Below are positions 59,008 to 64,000 of a stretch of DNA of 64,000 bases, in pieces (position 1 is the first letter of the stretch; the number at the start of each line of letters is the position of its first letter). The translations under genes and the position numbers were made by a program. A model generated the notes under the pieces. The model worked only from the letters and a program-made list of their open reading frames with translations, was not told the origin of the DNA and did not search any database. Source of the stretch: an uncultured bacterium (GTDB lineage: Bacteria; DUMJ01); NCBI GenBank assembly GCA_937958695.1, contig CALGNK010000003.1:1912-65911 (forward strand), written 5' to 3'.

Positions 59008-60186
59008 ATGGCAAAGGTTATATTAAAGAAGAGAGAACACCTAGATATATTAAGGGGGTTCCCCTGGATATACAATAATGAGATAGCAAAAATAGAAGGT
59101 GACTTTTCTCCAGGAGACATAGTCGATATATATGATATAAAAAATACCTTCTTAGGTAGAGGCTACATAAATCCAAAATCAAAGATCACTGTAAGGGTCC
59201 TAACTAGAAGGGATGAAGCGATAGATAGAGACTTCTTCTTTAAGAGGATAGTCCAAGCATGGGAGTATAGAAAGAAAATCGTAGATACAACTTCCTGCAG
59301 GGTAGTATTTGGAGAGGCAGATATGATTCCTGGATTAATTGTAGATAAATTCGAAGATATACTTGTAATCCAGACCCTTGCATTAGGAATAGATAGATTT
59401 AAAGATATTATCGTCGATATATTAGATGAGATTCTCCAACCAAGAGGAATATATGAAAGAAATGATGTTCCAGTCAGAGAGGTAGAGGGACTTCCACAAA
59501 AAAAAGGTTTCCTAAAGGGAATATTCGACACAAAGGTCGAGATAAAAGAGAATGGTCTAAGTATAATTGTAGATGTAGAAAATGGACAGAAGACAGGATA
59601 CTTTTTAGATCAGAGAGAAAATAGAAATGCATTGAAGGGCATTGTAGAAGGGGCTGAAGTACTTGATGCATTCTGCTATACAGGTTCTTTTGCCCTACAC
59701 TCTGCAAAATTTGGGGCTAGTAAGATTATTGCTGTAGATTCATCTTCTAGTGCATTAGAACTTGCCAGAAAAAATGCAGAACTCAATGGGTTCTCAGAGA
59801 AGATAGAGTTTATAGAAGAAGATGTATTTGACATTTTGGTAGAATTCTATAAGAGTGGAAGGACATTTGATGTTATTATACTAGACCCTCCAGCCTTTGC
59901 TAAATCCCAAAGACATATTGAAGGTGCTATTAGAGGCTACAAAGAGATAAACCTAAGGGCTATAAAGATGATACGGGATGGAGGATTTTTGGTTACTTGC
60001 TCCTGCTCTCAGCATATCACTCCGGCAATCTTTCAAGAGATAATAAACTCTGCTATGATAGACGCAAATAAGATGCTTAGACTTGTAGAATTTAGGACCC
60101 AAGCTAAGGACCATCCTATACTTCTATCCTATCCAGAATCCTTGTATCTTAAGTGTGGTATATATCAGGTTCTAAGAAAAAGCTAG
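59008..60186 (+). CDS. class I SAM-dependent 23S rRNA methyltransferase (RlmI/RlmK-like, PUA-like N-terminal domain)
   Basis: N-terminal PUA-like region (VILKKREHLDILRGFPWIYNNEI), a Rossmann SAM-binding motif (VLDAFCYTGSF), and a catalytic DPP. The ATG at 59008 is preferred over the TTG at 58981. Confidence 0.75.
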   Translation: MAKVILKKREHLDILRGFPWIYNNEIAKIEGDFSPGDIVDIYDIKNTFLGRGYINPKSKITVRVLTRRDEAIDRDFFFKRIVQAWEYRKKIVDTTSCRVVFGEADMIPGLIVDKFEDILVIQTLALGIDRFKDIIVDILDEILQPRGIYERNDVPVREVEGLPQKKGFLKGIFDTKVEIKENGLSIIVDVENGQKTGYFLDQRENRNALKGIVEGAEVLDAFCYTGSFALHSAKFGASKIIAVDSSSSALELARKNAELNGFSEKIEFIEEDVFDILVEFYKSGRTFDVIILDPPAFAKSQRHIEGAIRGYKEINLRAIKMIRDGGFLVTCSCSQHITPAIFQEIINSAMIDANKMLRLVEFRTQAKDHPILLSYPESLYLKCGIYQVLRKS

Positions 60187-60191
60187 AATAG

Positions 60192-61331
60192 TTATAACTT
60201 TATTGTAAAGAGTACTACTATTGCAGAAACGAGCATCAATATAGCGGTAGAGATAAATATACTACCTATACCCCAGGCAGAACCTATAAGTCCTCCAATA
60301 AAAGGACCACCAAACATCCCTATCCCGTATATTGCTTGAAAAAATCCCATAGCAGTAGCCCTCTTCTCTATTGGAACCTCTAATATGCTTAAGCCCATAA
60401 GAACAGGATAATTCACACCTCTAGAGATGCCACCTAGACATTGTAAAAGACTAAGCAAAAAGAAATTTTTCGTAAACGGAACAAAAAGCGAGGAAACCAT
60501 AGCAAAGATAAAACCAAAGAAGAGAAGTGATCTTTTTGAGAATCTAGCAAAAAAGGTCCCACTATTTAGTAGCGAAGCAATAGCTGCCGGGATGGAAGAA
60601 AGGAAGGTCAATATCCCTAAAGAGCTCTTAGAAAATCCTATATTAGTAGCATAAACCGGCAAAAACCCGTAAGTAGTGACAAAAGAAAAATACTGAACCA
60701 AGATGGCTAAAACAGATGATATTAATAAAAGAGGTGTACTTCCAACCTTTATTAACTCTGTCAAGGAGAGATTATTAGATTTCTGAGAAATATCTTCTTT
60801 TATCAATAGTGCCGGCATTAAACCTAAAAGCGCTACTATACCTGCAAGATAAAAAGGAGCTATCCAACCGATACTCTGAGCTATAAATCCTCCAAGTAAT
60901 GTAGCTACCAGTTGACCTGATTGGGTAAAGAAGTTTAAGAGGCTTAATGAGGATATAACCTTTGAAGGATCAAAATAGCTGGAGAAAAGGGTAGTAAATG
61001 CCACCCAAGTGGTAGCAGAAACACCACTTAATCCCCTAAAGATCAAAAGTCCCAAAGAGGATTTGGTTAATGCCAGGCCAAAACCACTAAGTACTGAAAA
61101 GATAAAGCCCAATATTATAAATGGTTTTCTCTTTTGAATTCTATCAGACCATATCCCAAGCGGAACTCTCAATAAGAACTGTGTAAACCCATAAGAACCC
61201 ACAATAAGTCCTATCATCTTTAAAGAGCTCCCTAAAAATTCTGCATATGGAGAAAGTATAGGGGTATAAACATAAAGAGAAAACCAGAAGAAAAAAGTAG
61301 AGATGAAAAAGTATAACAACTTATCTTTCAA
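60192..61331 (-). CDS. MFS transporter
   Basis: About 12 predicted transmembrane helices in a 379-aa ORF with major-facilitator-like topology. TTG start. Confidence 0.7.
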   Translation of the reverse strand: MKDKLLYFFISTFFFWFSLYVYTPILSPYAEFLGSSLKMIGLIVGSYGFTQFLLRVPLGIWSDRIQKRKPFIILGFIFSVLSGFGLALTKSSLGLLIFRGLSGVSATTWVAFTTLFSSYFDPSKVISSLSLLNFFTQSGQLVATLLGGFIAQSIGWIAPFYLAGIVALLGLMPALLIKEDISQKSNNLSLTELIKVGSTPLLLISSVLAILVQYFSFVTTYGFLPVYATNIGFSKSSLGILTFLSSIPAAIASLLNSGTFFARFSKRSLLFFGFIFAMVSSLFVPFTKNFFLLSLLQCLGGISRGVNYPVLMGLSILEVPIEKRATAMGFFQAIYGIGMFGGPFIGGLIGSAWGIGSIFISTAILMLVSAIVVLFTIKL

Positions 61332-61347
61332 CTTTAGCTCTCTTTCC

Positions 61348-61434
61348 TGGCGGAGGGGGAGGGATTCGAACCCCCGGGCCTCATCGGCCAGCGATTTTCA
61401 AGACCGCCGCAATAAACCACTCTGCCACCCCTCC
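61348..61434 (-). tRNA. tRNA-Ser (anticodon UGA), 87 nt, CCA encoded
   Basis: I folded it by hand: acceptor stem GGAGGGG/CCCCTCC, a 3-bp D-stem with a long D-loop, anticodon stem GCGGU/AUCGC with loop CUUGAAA, a long variable arm (GGCC...GGCC), and T-arm GGGGG-TTCGAAT-CCCTC. The discriminator is G. Confidence 0.85.
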
Positions 61435-61435
61435 G

Positions 61436-61777
61436 TTAGCAGGTAAGATGCAAGGCGCATACAACCTTACTTTTATCACTAGTTTGATTATATATCTCTA
61501 CTGCCCTACCAGTCAACTCTGCTATAAGTTGAATATTATTCTCTCTTAGATACTTCTCTACCTCTGGTAAGACTCTTAGCATACCATAAGCTCCGGTCCC
61601 AACTATAAGGACTTTAGGCTTAGTTTCAACTATTTCTATTATATCTGATATATGTAATTCGTGTCCCTCTTCTCTCCACCAGTCATTCTCTACCCTATCT
61701 GGAAAGACAATCACATCAGAAAAATATGAAATACCATCTATAACAACCTTACCAAACTCATAATGTTCTATATTCAT
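61436..61777 (-). CDS. Mth938-like domain protein (DUF498 family)
   Basis: 113 aa with the pattern YEFGKVVIDG...DVIVFPDRV...WWREEGHELHISDI...KPKVLIVGTGAYGMLRV, which matches the Mth938-domain family as I remember it. Confidence 0.6.
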   Translation of the reverse strand: MNIEHYEFGKVVIDGISYFSDVIVFPDRVENDWWREEGHELHISDIIEIVETKPKVLIVGTGAYGMLRVLPEVEKYLRENNIQLIAELTGRAVEIYNQTSDKSKVVCALHLTC

Positions 61778-62787
61778 CTTAAATTCCTACTCCAACTTCC
61801 TCTTTCTAAGAATTCCCTTCCCACAGAGGGATTAACTATGCAAGATATAGGAATTCTTCTCCTTAAATATCCATGGCACATTATATTACACTGTTTACAA
61901 GCATCTATAAGCTCAAATCTTCCATCCTGAATCTTTTTGGGAAGAAATGGATCGGTCAATAAAGACCTTCCTATAGCAACAAAATCTGCATAACCTTCTC
62001 CTAGCTTACTATCAGCCAGATCAGGAACATACATCTTTCCCACCATAATGACTGGTACATCTACCTGCTTTTTAACTTCTCTAGCTAAAGCACCATAATC
62101 ATGGGAACCCGGAGCAGTACTAGGGGATATATCAAGTATGTCTAAGCCTTCTCTTTTGAGTTCCTTGCCAAATAAAATAGTATCCTCCAATGAATATCCA
62201 CCATCCCTCCACTCTACTGGAGTATGGCGATAGAGTATCAAGAATCTATCGTTTGCTATAGACCTTAGTCCTCTGATAACATCCAAAGCAAATCTCATCC
62301 TTCTATAAACATCCCCACCATACTCATCATTACGTCTATTAAATATAGGAGAAAAGAATTGATTCATCATAAAGCCGTGTGCCCCATGAGGTTCTACTCC
62401 ATCAAAGCCAGCTTCTAGACAAACCTTACTAGCATATACAAAATCTTCTATAAGTGACTTTATTTCATCTATGGGGATATCTGTAACATCTCTACGAGGC
62501 TGAGGATTACTCCTTATAGTCAGCTGGACAAAGGCATTCGCTCCACCTTTGTGGATATTATCCGCTAGGAGCTTTAATCTATCCTGAAAATTTTTATTAC
62601 GAAATAGATGCGTAGGGGTTCCCTCTATTATTATACTTCCAACTCCTCCTAGAGCTCTCTTTGCATAGTAGGCTATAGATTTATCTGTGATTATCCCAAA
62701 GTTGGTAGCCATAGGTGGCATTACTATTCTATTTTTAAAGTATACACTTTTAATAGAAATAGGTGAAAAGAGATGTTTATAACTCAT
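61774..62787 (-). CDS. NADH:flavin oxidoreductase (Old Yellow Enzyme family TIM barrel)
   Basis: N-terminal LFSPISIKSVYFKNRIVMPPM and a HGAHG(F) motif typical of OYE-family FMN oxidoreductases. Confidence 0.75.
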   Translation of the reverse strand: MSYKHLFSPISIKSVYFKNRIVMPPMATNFGIITDKSIAYYAKRALGGVGSIIIEGTPTHLFRNKNFQDRLKLLADNIHKGGANAFVQLTIRSNPQPRRDVTDIPIDEIKSLIEDFVYASKVCLEAGFDGVEPHGAHGFMMNQFFSPIFNRRNDEYGGDVYRRMRFALDVIRGLRSIANDRFLILYRHTPVEWRDGGYSLEDTILFGKELKREGLDILDISPSTAPGSHDYGALAREVKKQVDVPVIMVGKMYVPDLADSKLGEGYADFVAIGRSLLTDPFLPKKIQDGRFELIDACKQCNIMCHGYLRRRIPISCIVNPSVGREFLERGSWSRNLR

Positions 62788-62796
62788 TTAATCACC

Positions 62797-63753
62797 TCAT
62801 ATCCTAATCTTTTCAATCTCCTCTTCATCTAGAGATACCGACTCAAATATATAACTTTCTCCAGAACTTCTTAAAACCTTTACCCTAATAGGCGTATCCT
62901 TTGGAGCATCACTATATCTAATCAATACCCTAATAGCAGTCTCTATAAGCTCACCTTCTACTATTATACCAGTAGGACCAGGATAATCAATAGTAAAGAA
63001 CATATATCTCCATATCTTAGAATTTCTTAGAAGTTTATTCTCTCTCTCGTTACGTCCTATTAAAAACCAGCTACCGTCAATATAAAAATGTCTTCCAATT
63101 CTTAGTAATTCAAACTCTTCTCTTGTAGGTCTTCCTTTTATACCTATGAGAAACTTCAGTCTTTTGGAAAACTGAATATCTGTAAGCAGACATCCCCCCG
63201 CTGGTGTTTTATATTCTTCTATACCAAAAAGTCTTGCCAATTCAAACTGCCTACTTCTTTTTCTTCCAGATATATCATAAAGCCATTCTCTCTTTATCCA
63301 ACCCATCTCTTCAGGAATAGTTGGAGGTAATAAGGCTCCAGAAAGAGGCCTTACTACTAATCCCTCTGCCCCGGCAGACCTTTCAACCTCTTTTAAAGCC
63401 CACTTATTCTGAGACATTGGTCTTTCTCCTAAGACTTCTCCGGTTATTATAAATTTGGCGTTATACTCATCTAATAAATCTTTAGCCTTCCTAATCATAA
63501 GGGCATGACAGTCTATACAGGGATTCATATTCTTTCCGTATCCGTGTGGAGGAGAAAGGAGTACACTAATGAATTCCTCCGTTATATCGATACTTATCAC
63601 TGGAACTCCTAAGATCTTGCTACCATAATCTATATCCGGAGAATAAAAAGGAGTAACGAAACTTATCGGTATAACCTCAATTCCATTGGACATCATTATC
63701 TTTATAGCTAAGAGGCTGTCAAGTCCACCTGAGTATAGTGCTAGAGCTCTCAT
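62797..63753 (-). CDS. PP-loop (adenine-nucleotide alpha-hydrolase) superfamily ATPase, ThiI/MnmA-like; specific function unknown
   Basis: N-terminal SGGLDS PP-loop, a Cys-x2-Cys-His cluster (NPCIDCHALM), and an approximately 120-aa uncharacterised C-terminal extension. Confidence 0.5.
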   Translation of the reverse strand: MRALALYSGGLDSLLAIKIMMSNGIEVIPISFVTPFYSPDIDYGSKILGVPVISIDITEEFISVLLSPPHGYGKNMNPCIDCHALMIRKAKDLLDEYNAKFIITGEVLGERPMSQNKWALKEVERSAGAEGLVVRPLSGALLPPTIPEEMGWIKREWLYDISGRKRSRQFELARLFGIEEYKTPAGGCLLTDIQFSKRLKFLIGIKGRPTREEFELLRIGRHFYIDGSWFLIGRNERENKLLRNSKIWRYMFFTIDYPGPTGIIVEGELIETAIRVLIRYSDAPKDTPIRVKVLRSSGESYIFESVSLDEEEIEKIRI

Positions 63754-64000
63754 TCTTCAAGTAACTTTCTATAGGATTCAAGCATATTTACAAATTTGGC
63801 TTTAAACTCCTTGTACACAGCCTTAAGCTTTTCTATCTCCATCTCTATCTGAGCCTTTTCTTCTTCTGCTTTTCTTATAATCTCCCTAGCAGAATTCTGC
63901 GCAGAATTTATTATAGACCTTCTTTCCTCTTCTGTAGTCTTTCTCAATTCGTTCATCGCCTGTTGAGTAGAGAGTAATGTCTCTTTAAGAAGAGTCTCTA
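63750..64000 (-). CDS. DivIVA-domain protein; only the C-terminal part is in the window, the N-terminus lies beyond position 64000
   Basis: The minus-strand frame is open to the window end: ...ETLLKETLLSTQQAMNELRKTTEEERRSIINSAQNSAREIIRKAEEEKAQIEMEIEKLKAVYKEFKAKF. This is a coiled coil typical of DivIVA/GpsB proteins. Confidence 0.55.
   Translation of the reverse strand, partial: ETLLKETLLSTQQAMNELRKTTEEERRSIINSAQNSAREIIRKAEEEKAQIEMEIEKLKAVYKEFKAKFVNMLESYRKLLEE

Noticed and set aside
58981-59010. TTGACT...TATTAT as a promoter for the rlmI-like gene
   Set aside because: The -10-like hexamer overlaps the ATG start codon, so transcription would begin inside the ORF. I cannot support it as a promoter.
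61331-61436. tRNA-Ser flank as an integration site for a mobile element or genomic island
   Set aside because: No integrase, direct repeat of the tRNA 3' end, or phage-like genes are present on either side. The neighbours are an MFS transporter and a small Mth938-like gene in normal operon spacing.
1-64000. CRISPR arrays, transposases, integrases, restriction-modification systems, toxin-antitoxin pairs or other defence-island signatures
   Set aside because: Scanning the sequence and all six-frame ORFs shows no repeat-spacer periodicity and no proteins with nuclease, methylase or integrase signatures. The only nucleases are the housekeeping SbcCD, MutS2, RNase J and PNPase. I find no evidence for a novel defence or mobile system in this window.

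Overview
This is a gene-dense, AT-rich window of about 60 genes from a low-GC bacterium whose proteins look thermophile-like (K/E/I-rich; it resembles Dictyoglomus/Thermotogae, but that is only a guess). Most genes lie on the minus strand and nearly all the space is coding. I found no transposase, integrase, CRISPR array or cluster of unknown genes, so the window reads as core chromosome plus one carbohydrate-utilisation module, not an accessory island. I cannot support a novel defence or mobile system here.

The window has three parts:
- **Fucoside module (1 to ~13 kb):** two tandem GH29 alpha-L-fucosidases, an Opp/Dpp-type ABC importer with a family-5 substrate-binding protein, a LacI regulator, the L-fucose mutarotase FucU, a DUF2961/GH172-like protein, and two iron-sulfur-flavoprotein (Isf) paralogs. 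One Isf paralog is split by an in-frame TAG codon.
- **Mixed middle block (13 to 41 kb):** pyrimidine genes (pyrD/K/C), hslV without hslU, sbcCD, tldD/pmbA, mutS2, cysE, lipB-lipA, gltX, a GH78 rhamnosidase, and a fused nucleotidyltransferase-phosphomannomutase.
- **Housekeeping block (41 to 64 kb):** gene order strikingly like Firmicutes (rpsO-pnp-M16 peptidase-dut-dapB-dapA-rnj-ftsK ... rodZ-rimO-cinA-thpR), a BMP-type nucleoside ABC transporter, one tRNA-Ser(UGA), an rRNA methyltransferase, an MFS transporter, and a partial DivIVA.

The points most worth a second look:
- The TAG-interrupted Isf gene.
- The coherent fuco-oligosaccharide locus and its candidate LacI operator palindrome.
- The M16 peptidase whose zinc motif lies upstream of any canonical start codon; an ACG sits at the expected start position.
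- Several ORF-track N-termini over-extended by TTG/GTG starts.
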